Assembly: GCA_951406725.2 (NCBI GenBank)
Contig: OX597830.1
Span: forward strand, 42,656,001 to 42,720,000
DNA length: 64,000 bases
Source of the DNA: Octopus vulgaris
Taxonomy: Eukaryota
Reading direction: 5' to 3'
This document shows, in pieces, positions 37,031 to 49,345 of this stretch; positions within the stretch are counted from its first letter, which is position 1, and each line of letters starts with the position of its first letter. Both the position numbers and the translations under genes were made by a program. The notes beneath the pieces were generated by a model, which had not been told where the DNA came from, did no database searches, and saw nothing but the letters and a program-made list of their open reading frames with translations.

Positions 37031-37547
37031 TCTATATATATAAAACTGTAGTTGTGTGAGTGTCTGTCCCCTTCGATTTAGATTCCTAACTCCTCCCACA
37101 TTTTGCGGTGCAGTTTAACCAAATTCGGGTATCTTATAGTCGTGATTAATATCGAGCCCGTCTGGCTATTAGCGCGCGTCTACGATGAGTCTACGATTTT
37201 AAAAATAATTTAACATAATTTTTTATTCCATTTTAATGCATAATTTTTCGTGTGTCGATGGCGGCGGAGTTGGCGTCCACGCTCAAACACCTGCACCTGT
37301 GTTTGCTTCTCCCCCTTCTTCCCTCCCTCGTGAAGCTGTGGGGAAGGGAGTTTAAGGAAATCAACGTCGTAATGCGTTGTCAAGGCGACCAGCGTTCTTT
37401 TAGAACAACGACTTCATGGCTTGAAGACACCAAAACAGAAATGGCTAAGAAAGCCCGAATTGGCATCTATAAGGGAAGTAACTCTCTAAAAATGCTTATA
37501 TAGTTATTTCCCTTACAAACCCGAGCAACGCCGAGCGATACTGCTAG
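37031..37547 (+). mobile_element. Non-autonomous Helitron, complete
   Basis: A|TCTATATATATAAAAC...CCCGAGCAACGCCGAGCGATACTGCTAG|T, same family as 4106-5074. Confidence 0.88.
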
Positions 37548-37557
37548 TACATATATA

Positions 37558-37822
37558 TAGTGACGGATTGGGTCTAAAAATATTGGTTGCCAGGAGACTA
37601 GGGGGGGGGAGCACCCGCAACTGCAATGCTATCAATAAGTTTTTTTGTTAAAAGTATTCTTTTCAACTATCTACAAACACATCCAGGCTGAAATAATGCA
37701 TTCTTCCAGGAGTGAATAAAAAATTCTCAAACTTGAGGGGATGGGCCCCCATATATGGATTCTAATGGTGCAGGGGCCAACTTGCCATCGGGCAAGCTGG
37801 CAACCTGGACAGTCTGCCACTG
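37558..37822. mobile_element. hAT-like MITE
   Basis: Imperfect TIRs TAGTGACGGATTG and CAGTCTGCCACTG. The TSD is obscured by flanking microsatellite. Confidence 0.55.
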
Positions 37823-38549
37823 TACACACAGACACAAACATACATACACACACACACACACATACACGATATGCTTCTTTCAGTTTCCGTCTGCCAAATC
37901 CACTGGCAAGGTTTTGGAGAAGACAATTGTCCCAGGGGCTACGCAGTGGGACTGAACGCGGAAACATGTGATTGGAAGGCAAACCTCTTACTACACAGCT
38001 ACGCTTACAACTATTTCAAAAAGAAAAAAAATATTCATTGGCAGCATCAGCATCTGTGATCAAAACAATGGACAATTTACTTTAATATTTTTTATGTTCG
38101 TTTTGTTCATGTTCATCTAATTGATTGGACTTTCTGTGCTTTAGTAAAACACTCCCTTTTATTTATCAATAGTTTATATCAGCAGGTTATACACATCTAA
38201 CGACGCGATAATCGTACAAACTAAATAATAATAATTTGATGTAACAGCTGGGTTACTTCGCTCGCCTGACCCCGTTCTCTGACCTCTTCTCCTTAGCGCT
38301 GCAGTGCTGTGGTCTGGATTCACTTTTTACCACATGCTCAGGTGTACGTCCAACCACATTCTCAAATGCACTACCACCTACTCCCGTCATCACCACCACC
38401 GCACTGTACGCCCTGACATCAATGTCCTTGCAAACAGTCTCAAGGATATCGTCTGCTACAGGCTTTTGTCAACGCCATTTAACTTGGTATCGTTCGCCAC
38501 TCAACGCACACTACATACTCAACAATCTCCATTGACTTATGCTACGAAC

Positions 38550-38590
38550 ATGGCTCCGAAGAAAGTTTGTATCATAGGATCAGGAAATTG
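38550..38590 (+). CDS. GPD1: Glycerol-3-phosphate dehydrogenase [NAD+], exon 1 from the canonical start
   Basis: AACATGG start; MAPKKVCIIGSGN+TG with the Rossmann GSGNWG motif split inside the Trp codon; donor GTTCGT at 38591. The CDS may instead start at ATG 38334 (see findings). Confidence 0.93.
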
Positions 38591-38619
38591 GTTCGTTGAT
38601 TTTTTTAAAAATATGTTTA

Positions 38620-38694
38620 TCTCTCTATCTCCCTCTCTCTCTCTATCTATCTGTCTCCCCCGTCTCTCTCTCTCTATATATATATATCTCCTTG

Positions 38695-38731
<37 letters not shown>

Positions 38732-38780
38732 CTCTGTCTATCTATCTATCTATCTACACAGACACACACACACACACATT
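38620..38780. repeat. (CT)n/(ATCT)n/(CA)n compound microsatellite at the start of GPD1 intron 1
   Basis: Direct read. Confidence 0.9.
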
Positions 38781-39387
38781 TATATAAACATATAAGCATA
38801 ATTATATACAATATACTCATATATACAATATACATACATTTCTATACGGACGTGTACACACGTGCATACATATGTAAGCACATATATAAATTTATGCATA
38901 TTTATATATATATTTAGGTACTTGTCCTATATTTATATATAACTAATAAAACCATTAATCTATTTCCACAATTTCGTTGAAAACCTTTTTCACTCCTCTC
39001 TCAGTTTCGTGTTATTTTAAACCTTCATAAATCACCAATTATTGAACGATAATGGGGAAATCACACAGACACACAATCGTATATGCATAAGGGGGAATTA
39101 CGCAACGTATTTCTGTTTTCATTTTAAAGACCTGTGTTATTCCTCTAAAATAGAATAACCAAACAACAATCAAATGATGAAGTTACAGGAAAGTTTTCTA
39201 CTTTGGCTGCGTCTTCTTCTTCTCCATAAACGTTTTCTTCAGCTTTCATTAACTGCAACAACATAATAACATAAACACAGCAATATTTTGTTTGTTTCAT
39301 ACTATGCTACAATGCTATCCATGCTTCGAATATCTTTATTTGCATAATATTCTTGACGAGTGTTTCTTTATTATGACAGATCTATCA

Positions 39388-39451
<64 letters not shown>

Positions 39452-39539
39452 TATATGTATGTATATATATATATATATATATGTAGGTCCCGGGTTGATT
39501 CGGGGTTAACCACAGTAAGTAAGGTACTCAATATAATAA

Positions 39540-39589
<50 letters not shown>

Positions 39590-39945
39590 ATATATATATG
39601 TATATATATATATGTATGTATATATATATATATATATACATACATACTTATATATACATACATACATATATATATATATTTCTTTATTGCCCACAAGGGG
39701 CTAAACAAGGATAGACAAAGGGATTAAGTCGATTACATCGACCCCAGTGCGTAAATGGTACTTAATTTATCGACCCCGAAAGGATGAAAGTCGACCTCGG
39801 CGGAATTTGAACTCACAACATAACGGCAGACGAAATACATACATACATATATATATACACCTATATATATGTGTGTGTGTGTAGAGAGAGAGAGAGAAAG
39901 TTAGCAGTTATAATAACCGACTAAGGGATAAAAATATCGTATATA

Positions 39946-41352
39946 CAGGGTTTTCAAAAAGTCACCCCGCAGTATTTTATTGCAAAATAAATATTTATGA
40001 GATGATATAAGACCACAAAAGAATATATTAGACTTTACAAGACTTTAAAAAACTTTATAAGAAGTGTTGAAAGTGTCGTCCTTCATTTACAATACATAAG
40101 TCGACTCTTCTACACGTTTTGAAATATATCTTGGTGCATCTGACACGATATGGACCGTGTGAAGGTTATGATTGCATGGTATAAGGATGATAATATTTTT
40201 ATGTATTTCTAGTATTGGTGTATATTCTGTTATAGGGGCTGGTTGATTTTCTAATTCTAAATATGCTTTATTGGAGGTCTGTCTGTTCGTGCAGTTGCTC
40301 AGAATGTCTCTTATGAGGTTAGAGAATATCATTAATGGTTTTCTGGCGATTCTTGTACTCTGATGCTTTACTTGCTCGCCAGAAAAAAAAATGTCTGGCG
40401 GTGTTAAACCAGGTGATCTTGGTGAAGTCTCTTCGAAATAATCCGTTCACCGTAAAACTCTTGAAGTAGCGCCATGGTGATGCACGAAGTATGCGCTGTA
40501 GCTTCATCTTGCTGAAAGTATACAGTATTAATTTCACTTTCGGTGAGTTGGCCTACAAATGGATAGACAATATTTGAGCAATATCTCTAGGTGTTGATGG
40601 TGTCTTAAAAAAATATCAGTCCCACAATACGCTTTCTCGAAATTGCTATCCATACTCCAACTTTTCCGATATGCAGAGATTGCTCGTGTTGCGATAACCT
40701 TGTCTTATGCGAATTTATGGGTCCTGACAGATGAAACCAAGCTTCATCGGTGTAAAAACACCCATCCAGCACTTCTATGCCTTTTTCGGCAACAAAGTTT
40801 TGGAACCAATGACAATAATGAAGCCTTTTAGCATGATCCATAGTCTTCAATTCTTGAATGGCCAGCACTTTGTATGGATAGAAATTTAATTTCTTTTTTA
40901 CTGCTGCGTGAGCACTTCCTAGGCTGATTTCCGTTTCCTGTGACAATTTGCGTAAGGTCTTTGACGGGCTTTCCAATAGTTCATCAAAAATATTGGAGAG
41001 TGTTTCGTTTGAAAGAACAGTAGACCTACTGCTTCTTGCTGCATCTTCCATTGAGCCTGTGTTTCTAAATTTCCTTATCAAATCCTACACAGTGTCACGA
41101 TGTGGAACAAAAGTATTTGGAAAAGTTTCACTGAACTTCTGTTTCACAGTATCTGGGTATTTGTTTCCATGCTCAAAATACCCATTCACCTAAAAATGTA
41201 TGTTCTTCAATGGTTAGCATGTCAACATGCTGAAGGGTACACAGTGACTGAGTGACAAACGCTGATACCCGGCCCCATCATGCAGTGATAGCCAAGTTGT
41301 GCGTGTGCAGGATGAAAAAAATTCACTGCAGAAAGTCTTTATGAACACCCTG
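39946..41352 (-). mobile_element. Full-span decayed Tc1/mariner-superfamily element (DUF4817-type HTH, PRSP(D)LTP family)
   Basis: TA|CAGGGTTTTCAAAAAGTC...GTCTTTATGAACACCCTG|TA. Transposase remnant from ATG 41220 (MLTIEEH...LIRKFRNTGS...FYTDEAWFHLSG...YFQQDEATAHTS...PRSPGLTPPD...EGRHFQHFL*) with stops and frameshifts. Confidence 0.92.
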
Positions 41353-41527
41353 TAATATCAGTATCTGTTACCCGTATTATCCTTGGGCATTGGTGTGCCT
41401 GCACACCATGAACGTAGAGTGTAAGTAACAACAGGATAAACAAGAGTTTATCAGAAACCAATAAAAATAATCAGAAAATGGAGAAAACCTCAGATTAACA
41501 AACACATCGATTGGATCACATTTATAG

Positions 41528-42283
41528 TGTAGCGTACCCTTAGTGAAATACATCTTCTCTCTCTCTGACATATATAACACAAATACAGAAGTAGCAGATA
41601 ACAGTTAACCTTTGTCTACTACTCTGATTGGTTGTTTTTGGTGCAGTTTGTCTCGCTTTATTTCGTGTCAATGTGCGACCCAACCAATCACAACCTTCTG
41701 ATAAGGTCCCGTGACACAGTCTTCTAAATTCTCTTCTGGAACCTACTATTTGCTATAAAAGCTTCAGCGATTCACCCTATCTCGTCTTTGGTTCTTACCA
41801 CTGACCACAGAGCACTCAGCCATGTTCCAGCGACAACACCAACACCAGCTGTATTCAGGACCTCCACCACCATCGCCTTCATCTTAACGTCGTCTCCATC
41901 TCCGTTGCCTTCATCTTATCGACGCCAACATTCGCCCAAGTTTAACTTCACCCTGTTTGTGAATATTTCACCATGGTTAACAGCTAGCTTAACCTGCAAG
42001 AATTTCAGCTAACACTCATACACATTATTGTATGCCTGACTGCCTGTCTATTATTATTGTTCTTATTATATATGTACTTATGACGTACACACGCTCTGCT
42101 ACCCACATGTCAACACCTAAATAAAGCCTTTCTCTTACATTCTCTGGTTGTGTCGTCTTCTCCTTATTCCTTCTAGCACTCTTTTTCATTTATCCATATT
42201 TTGGCTTTTATTGTAAGGCGACCATGTGGTGTTTAAAGTAGTCATTCATTCGTCACCATCTCCTTTCGTACAGTCGTTCTACA
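41528..42283 (+). mobile_element. Solo LTR (756 bp, Gypsy-like 4-bp TSD)
   Basis: TGTAG...CTACA termini; TSD ATAG at 41524-41527 and 42284-42287; CCAAT at about 41685, TATAAAA at about 41754, AATAAA at 42120. The flanks rejoin to match the inverted arm at 44662-44720. Confidence 0.88.
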
Positions 42284-42320
42284 ATAGCTTATTTTGTAAG
42301 ACAAAGAAATAGGTGATGTA

Positions 42321-44480
42321 ACATATCTTACGGCCGTTTCCGATCACTTGCCAAAATGCTGTCTATAAAGAAATGCAAGAATAAAGTTCTTCATCTTCAT
42401 AGGACATTCAAATTAAGGCATGGGGCTTTATCAGAGTAAAAAAACAAGAGCACATAATATAAACAAAGGGAAGAAGGAAAAGGAAAGAAAACATGGCCTG
42501 GAAAAAAGTCTAGAAGCCCAATATGTTAAAAGCATATAATTTACCATCTAGGGGCTATGAGGTCCATAGGTAAAAAATTGAGCTAGTAATGGTCTAGGGA
42601 ATACTATATTTTATTAATGGGTGGATGCAATTTAAAGGGTAGGTGGGTAGGCAGGATGTTTTAAAAAAAGAAGTTATCAAGAAAATGTATATAAGGAAAA
42701 TACTAACATGACTTTCACTGAGTAGTACCTATGCTAACGAAGTAAACTCAAGTAAATATAAACAATTACCATAGGGTGTTTAAAAAAATTTGCTCACAAA
42801 GATTATTCCCGAGAATCCCACCTATGGTCCACAATGGGGCAAGTCTAAATCCAGCAGTCTCTACAAATGGTCAGTTATAATTTGTATTGAGGTCACAAGT
42901 TAAAACCGTTACAAGAAAAGCAAAATAATCAAGAAAAGAAAAATGTTCCAATGGAGAAGTCAATGATACAGGTGGTGTTGGGGTTGCTTATGTCCTTCAA
43001 CATGCATGAGGGAAGAATGAAGAAAGAACCCATGGGTTGTGGTTAAGGGGAGGCAACTAGTACTGGTAATTCAGAGATTCAATTAAGGGTACTAGGAAAT
43101 AAAATTGGGCTTAACCTCATATATAGGGAATTCTGGTAATAATTAGATATATAGAGGTACACAAGAAAAATCCATCTTATAGGTACATTTACAATGCACA
43201 AATAAAAAGGCACTTACAATTAGGCAGTTAATATTTAAGGTCAAATCACATGATGAATATTATCAGATAATGAAACTCCCTAGTTGTCACAGTATACTAA
43301 ATATGATTAATATGCATTAAATAGTCATTAAAGTTATATAGTTCCTATTATTGTAAAACAATTTAAAAGAGTATATTGGTACTATATGCGTAGAGATAAT
43401 GCCAGGCCCTCAGGCAGATTAGTACTATGAGAAAAGTTACCTTAAATCAAACAATTTACTAAACATACTAAAAATAGCAATAAAATAAGGATGAAATACT
43501 AATTAAATCTAATCATTAAAATTAATAACTAAGATATATTAACTCCAAGTGGGTGCAGAAATACTATTACAATCAACAAGCTGTGCTTATATTACATTAC
43601 CCTCAAAATAGATATCCCTATCAATAAAATCTAATAATTAATATTAACTCTAAGTGGGTGCAGCCATACAATTTCAATTAACGGGCAACACATACCACTC
43701 TACATCGTGCAACAAATTTATGCAAATATCTCCTGGTAAGCCCAAGTAACATACTTCCATAAACAAACAAACACATACAATGTAAGGTGGGAGAGGATGG
43801 ATATAGAGTACAATAAAATAAAGAAAAAATAAAATGAAAAGGATAAATAAATCAAACATGGGGGAAATATTGCCCGAATATATGCAGTGCTAAGAATGTA
43901 CAATAAAATGAGGGAAAGGCAGTGAGTGGGGCAAAGAACAATTAGTAGTGAAATAAGTCCAAATTCCAGCAAGTGCTGACAAATAAATCCATGGTATAAA
44001 AGATGCTAGAAGGTAAAGAAAGCAAGCAAGATAGGAAGAGCTAAAATTGAAATTTAAATAAGATTTAGGATTTGAAGTGGTTATTAGGGGTAAAAGACTA
44101 TATGGTAGAAAACCTAAGGCCTTTGTGTTCTCGGATCAGTTATGATAGAAATAATAAGCATTAATACAAAGAGTTAGGTTATGATAAAAAGGGGGAAAGG
44201 TTAGTTGGTATAAGAAATAAGTAATAGTTAGGGAAAAGGTAAGAGCCTCAGTTATTGCTAACAAGGCCAACTATAAATTAAGGAGTAAGATGTGTAACCT
44301 ACATTAAACTATCAAGGGTGTACTATTTATTTGCTGTGGGGTTATAAGTACTATTATGGGGTAGTATAAGTATTTCTAGTATTATTTATATTTACCGAAA
44401 GTAGACATCCGTTTGTGCTGGCAAGCTACACTTCGCCCATCTCTCAGGTTCACTAGTTGATTACATGCTGTTAGAATGTA
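42321..44480 (-). mobile_element. Putative non-autonomous Penelope-like body
   Basis: Non-coding, purine-skewed sequence that ends on the minus strand in a degenerate hammerhead core (TGAAGA...GAAACGGCCGTA) and is flanked by long inverted repeats. No RT or GIY-YIG recognised. Confidence 0.4.
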
Positions 44481-45109
44481 AAACATTTCATTAATGCAAA
44501 GGCAACATTTTTTTTTTTTTTTTTCATTATGTGTAAGTGCAGTAGCGAGGATTTCCCAATTTAATGTGAAGCTAGTGTTACTATCTTTGAGCTCCCAATT
44601 AAGTTTCTATTTCTAAATGAATGTTGGCATGTGGCTAGTCTTTGTTTTATTTCCTTTTGGCTTGCATCACCCATTTGTTTGTATTACAGAATAAGCTATA
44701 AATGTGGTCCAATCGATGTGTTTGTTAATCTGAGGTTTTCTCCATTTTCTGATTATTTGCATTAGTTTCTGATAAACTCTTGTTTATCCTGTTATTACTT
44801 GCACTCTACATTCATAGTGTATCTGCACACCAATGCCTGAGGATAATATGGGTAACAGATACTGATAGTACATACGGACATTTTATCCCTTAGTCAGTTA
44901 TTACAACTGCTAACTCTGTTTACACACACACACACACACGCACATATATGTATGTATGCTTGCATGCATTTATGTATGTATAAGGTCCTGGTTGGGTATA
45001 AAATAGGGTATAGGGTATCTCCAATGTAGCACTCAACCTGAGTTCTGGGCTATCAACACTGTTGGATTTGAGACAAATACTGAAATTCTTCATGTGTAAA
45101 AAATCTTGG

Positions 45110-45530
45110 TTTCTTAGTTCTATACTGCCCACAAGGGGCTACACACAGAGGGGACAAACAAGGACAGACAAATGGATTAAGTTGATTATATTGAACCCAT
45201 TGCATAGCTGGTACTTATTTAATTAACCCCAAAAGGATGAAAGGCAAAGTTGACCTCGGCAGAATTTGAACTCAGAACATAGTGGCAGACGAAATACCTA
45301 TTTCTTTACTACCCACAAGGGGCTAAACACAGAGGGGATGAACAAGGACAGACAAACAGATTAAGTCGATTATATCGACCCCAGTGCGTAATTGGTACTT
45401 ATTTAATCGACCCCGAAAGGATGAAAGGCAAAGTCGACCTCGGTGGAACTTGAACTCAGAATGTAATGGCAGACGAAATATGGCTATGCATTTCACCCTG
45501 CATGCTAACGTTTCTGCCAGCTCGCCTCCT
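45110..45530 (-). mobile_element. Tandem pair of family A SINEs
   Basis: A complete copy at about 45298-45530 is joined head-to-tail to a 5'-truncated copy at 45110-45297. Confidence 0.88.
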
Positions 45531-45926
45531 TAAATGTTTAAAACAGTAAAACAGTTCTGTGGATTTTGCGAAGAGTAAAATATAAATCAAATAACAACAC
45601 AAAGAAACACTTTAACACATCTTTAATATTCAGTTACAATTGTTTCTGTACCAACTCTGCTTTCAATTCCAGTTTATATAAAAGTTTGAAGTGAAAATAT
45701 ACATAATATTTGCAGTTTTAGACATTAGAGTGGCATTTCAACAGACTTACATGAAAGGTGTGCTTTTACATTGTGCATCTTCCAGACTTTGCTTTTTGCT
45801 TACATTGAGAGGAAATAAAACATAAATAGAATATATATATGTGTGTGTGTGTGTGTATATATCTGTATATGTATACATGTATGTATTTATATCATGCTAG
45901 CATGGAAAATGGACGCTAAACGATGA

Positions 45927-45970
<44 letters not shown>

Positions 45971-46613
45971 GTGTGTGTTTTTATATCTCTATCTATTTAT
46001 CTATATATATATTTATGTATGGTTCAAAATGATACAAAAAAAAAAAACAAGACAGTGACAGATGAGGGAACAGGAAACAGAGTTTGTTGATGCTCAGGAA
46101 AAATGGAAAAAGTCTTTTGAGTTTATGCTCTTCTACAGAAAAGAATGTGGATAGAAAAGAGATGAAGAAAGGAAAGGAAAGTGTGTCTGGATTAATAGTT
46201 GCACTTGTTCATGCATAGAGTTGATAGTTGTATGATTACAAGTGCAATGAAGGTGATGAAGGGAGATGAACCATCAGGAATAGACCCATAGATGCTTAAA
46301 ATATCTGATGAAGTCGAGTACATGCTAGTCACTTACATAGTCAATTGGGTAGTAATACAAGAATATATCATCACCCATGACTGATGTAGTTGTATCATTG
46401 TCAACTGCTCTAAGGGCAAGGCAGACCGGGACATGAAAGTTAGAGAGATCTAGCTTTTCTCCTAAACTTACTAACTACGTCTTTCCTTCCTAAAACATTT
46501 GTTAAATTTTTTACCTCTTAAATCTTAGTGCAGCATACTATTAACCCTCTCTATGTGGTTTCTTAACTTGCTATCGATGGAGTCAAATCTCAAAACGTGC
46601 CTTATCATCTTAA

Positions 46614-46834
46614 CCCTTTCGTTACCAACCTGGCTGAAACTGGCTCTGGTTTTGTAGTACAAATCTCTTGTTTTCATAAGTTTTGAATTAAAATCTTCCG
46701 CAAAACCTTAGTCACAATTTATGTTCCTAACACTAGCTTAATGATAACTAAGTTATTTTACTAAATTCTTTGTTATATTTAAAGTAATTGAGAGAAACAC
46801 AGATCATCTCAAAATAGATACAGTATCGAAAGGG
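46614..46834. mobile_element. piggyBac-like MITE
   Basis: TTAA|CCCTTTCG...CGAAAGGG|TTAA. A decayed relative lies at about 20855-21052. Confidence 0.88.
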
Positions 46835-47574
46835 TTAAAATGAAATACACCCTGGATCATTTATTTGTAGATACATAAAGGAAAAAACAAAATTTTCTAA
46901 ACAAAACTGTATGATCACAGCTGTCTGTGAGCATAGGTCTGCTACTTCAGAGCTTATATGTAACTAAACTATTAAGACAATCAGTTCTGTATTTCCACAA
47001 TTATATATTTCTACAACAGTTTCCTTACCCAAGTGTTATTTTCACTGAGAATCTCAAATACAACTGAAGCATGTCTGGTATTGTCTACCGTAATTGCTGA
47101 AAGGATTGAAATAATATTAGTCAGTTATCAGCACATGTATTTCCAGTTAGATATATTTGCTCCCTTTGTTAAGTTAACACCAACCCGACTACTGTTTTTT
47201 ATGTAAATGTTGTGTGAAAGTCATGGTTGAATAGAGTTACTAGTGTAGTGGGGTGACGTACACAGTATCTAATGTCTCTCTCTCTCTGTTCTTATTCCAA
47301 AACTTATAATTAACTTTCGATGTTGATAATAGGAGTATCAGAAATATACAACACTGAAGCTGGTTCTAGTAGATCAGCCTCTTGCTAGAAAAATTGTCCT
47401 TGTCCTAGTTTCAAAAAATTCATTATTTATTGATTGTTTATCAATTCACTGTTCGTAATAATATATTGTAGATAATTCACAGATGTTGCTCACTCACTTG
47501 CTGTATTGTAGTAGTAAGGGAAATGGATTGTGGTTAGAATGTGCCGGAAAGAGTTCTGTATTGTTACATTAAAA

Positions 47575-48620
47575 TAATAATAACAATGAAATTATTGTGT
47601 ATGGTGCTCAGTTGCACTACAGCTTATCAAAGGTGCATATATATAGTACATAGTATTATGTACAAAAGTCAGGAAAGTGAACAGAGTATGAGTCATGGTA
47701 TACGTGTGTGCATGTGTATGGAGTTGGGGTGGGATATCAGGTGTAGTATTGGTGAATTTCAGGAAGCATGGCGGTTTTAAAGGATGCAGTGTCTCAGCAT
47801 CTAACAACTGATGCATGTAGTTTGTTCCGTGCTTCAGCAACTCTGAGTATGAAAAAATGTTTCCGAAAGTCATGGGAGCTGTGCTGTTTATTGACTTTGT
47901 AGGCATGCCCACATCTGTTACACACATGGAATTCAAAAAGGTGCTCAAGGTGGTTGTTGGCACGATGGTTAATAATTTTGTGGGTGTTTACCAAATCACT
48001 TGCTAGATGTTGGAGCTTCAGTGTATCTATGCCCAGGGAAGCAAGGCATTCAGAGTATGGTAGATGCCTGATGGAGGGTAATTGCTTGGTTGCATGTCCC
48101 TGAACAGTTTCCAGGAGGTCAATGTCCTGAGTAAGATAGGGGTTCCAGACTAGTGATGCAAATTCCAAGTGTAGCCACACCATAGCCATATACAACCTTA
48201 AATAGATAGCTGGAGGGTGGCTGACAAAGGTCTTGCTGAGTGATGCTAAGACACTCTCAGCCTTCTTGTCAATTTTAGAGATGTGCTTTGTCCAGTGCAA
48301 ATTGCTGTTGACAGTAATGCCCAGGTCACGTTCACTAGAAGACATCTTAATATTAGTGTTGTGGAGGGAGTATGTGAATGTTGGGTTTTTCCTCCTAAAA
48401 TGCATGGTGGTATACTTGTCCACAGCCAGCTTGAGTTGCCAGTCTGTGATCCATTGCTGCATTGTGTCTAGATCTGATTGCAGGAATGATCTATAGTGTT
48501 CAGGATCTGTCCTTTTTATCTCAAGGTACAGCTTGATATCATTTACATATTTCAGCTCTGTGGCATTTTTTAAGTTGGCATCTATGTCATTAATGTATGC
48601 AACAAACAGAAGGAGGCCAA
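47575..48620 (-). mobile_element. CR1-clade LINE 3' remnant (RT C-terminus plus tail)
   Basis: LLFVAYINDI...KYVNDIKL (decayed YADD)...ERDLGI...HLEFASLVWNPY...GHAYK...RKHFF..RV; (TAT)n tail. Tail-only copies at about 57470 and 59370-59482. Confidence 0.92.
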
Positions 48621-48976
48621 ATAAAGAGAATTGATTACATTTTCATGCTCCACTTACAATAAATGTTTTGTTCACTCTTGACATATAAAGCCTGCTTTAT
48701 TTGTGATTTTTAGAAACCGTAATTAATACTGTGTCACACTTTCCACCCTATTTACTAAAGACCTTTCTATGCGGTTGCTTGATCTGCTAGAAATAACACC
48801 AAATATTAACATTGACTAATGTAGACTTACACAACACTGAGAAGAACAGGCTGGTCATAGTTGGAATGAATGCTTTTGATCATACACCTGATCAATCAAG
48901 ACTGATCTTGAGTTTAACAAGAACATAGGATGCTGTTTAAACATATGGTATTTAATTTATGACACAATATACCACC

Positions 48977-49345
48977 TTGTTCCAAGTTCAGTCCCACTGT
49001 GTGGAACCATGGGCAAGTGTCTCCTAGTATAGCCTTGGGCTGACCAAAGCCTCATTGGTGGATTTTATAGATGGAAACTGAAAGATGCCTGTCATGTATA
49101 TATATATATATATATACATATGAGTGTGTGTGTCTTTGCGTCTGTATTTGTCCCTCACCACTGCTTGATAGCTGGTGTTGGTGTGTTTATGTCCCTGTAA
49201 CTTAGTGGTTCAGCAAAAAGAGACTGATAGAATAAGTACCAGGCTTAAAAAAATGCACTGGGGTCAATTCATTTGACTAAAATCCTTCAAGGCAGTGCCC
49301 CAGCATGGCCACAGTCCAATGACTAAAACAAGCATAAGATAAAAG
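48977..49345 (+). mobile_element. SINE family B copy
   Basis: GTTCAGTCCCACTGTGTGG...GGGCAAGTGT...CCCAGCATGGCCACAGTC. Confidence 0.8.

Noticed and set aside
38591-38795. C-terminal part of the 163-aa ORF 38304-38795
   Set aside because: Read-through into the intron-1 microsatellite; the true frame splices at 38590 to 59709.
42400-44400. NUMT or viral insert suggested by strand-skewed composition
   Set aside because: No mitochondrial or viral protein or rRNA motif recognised; the flanking structure fits a retroelement remnant better.
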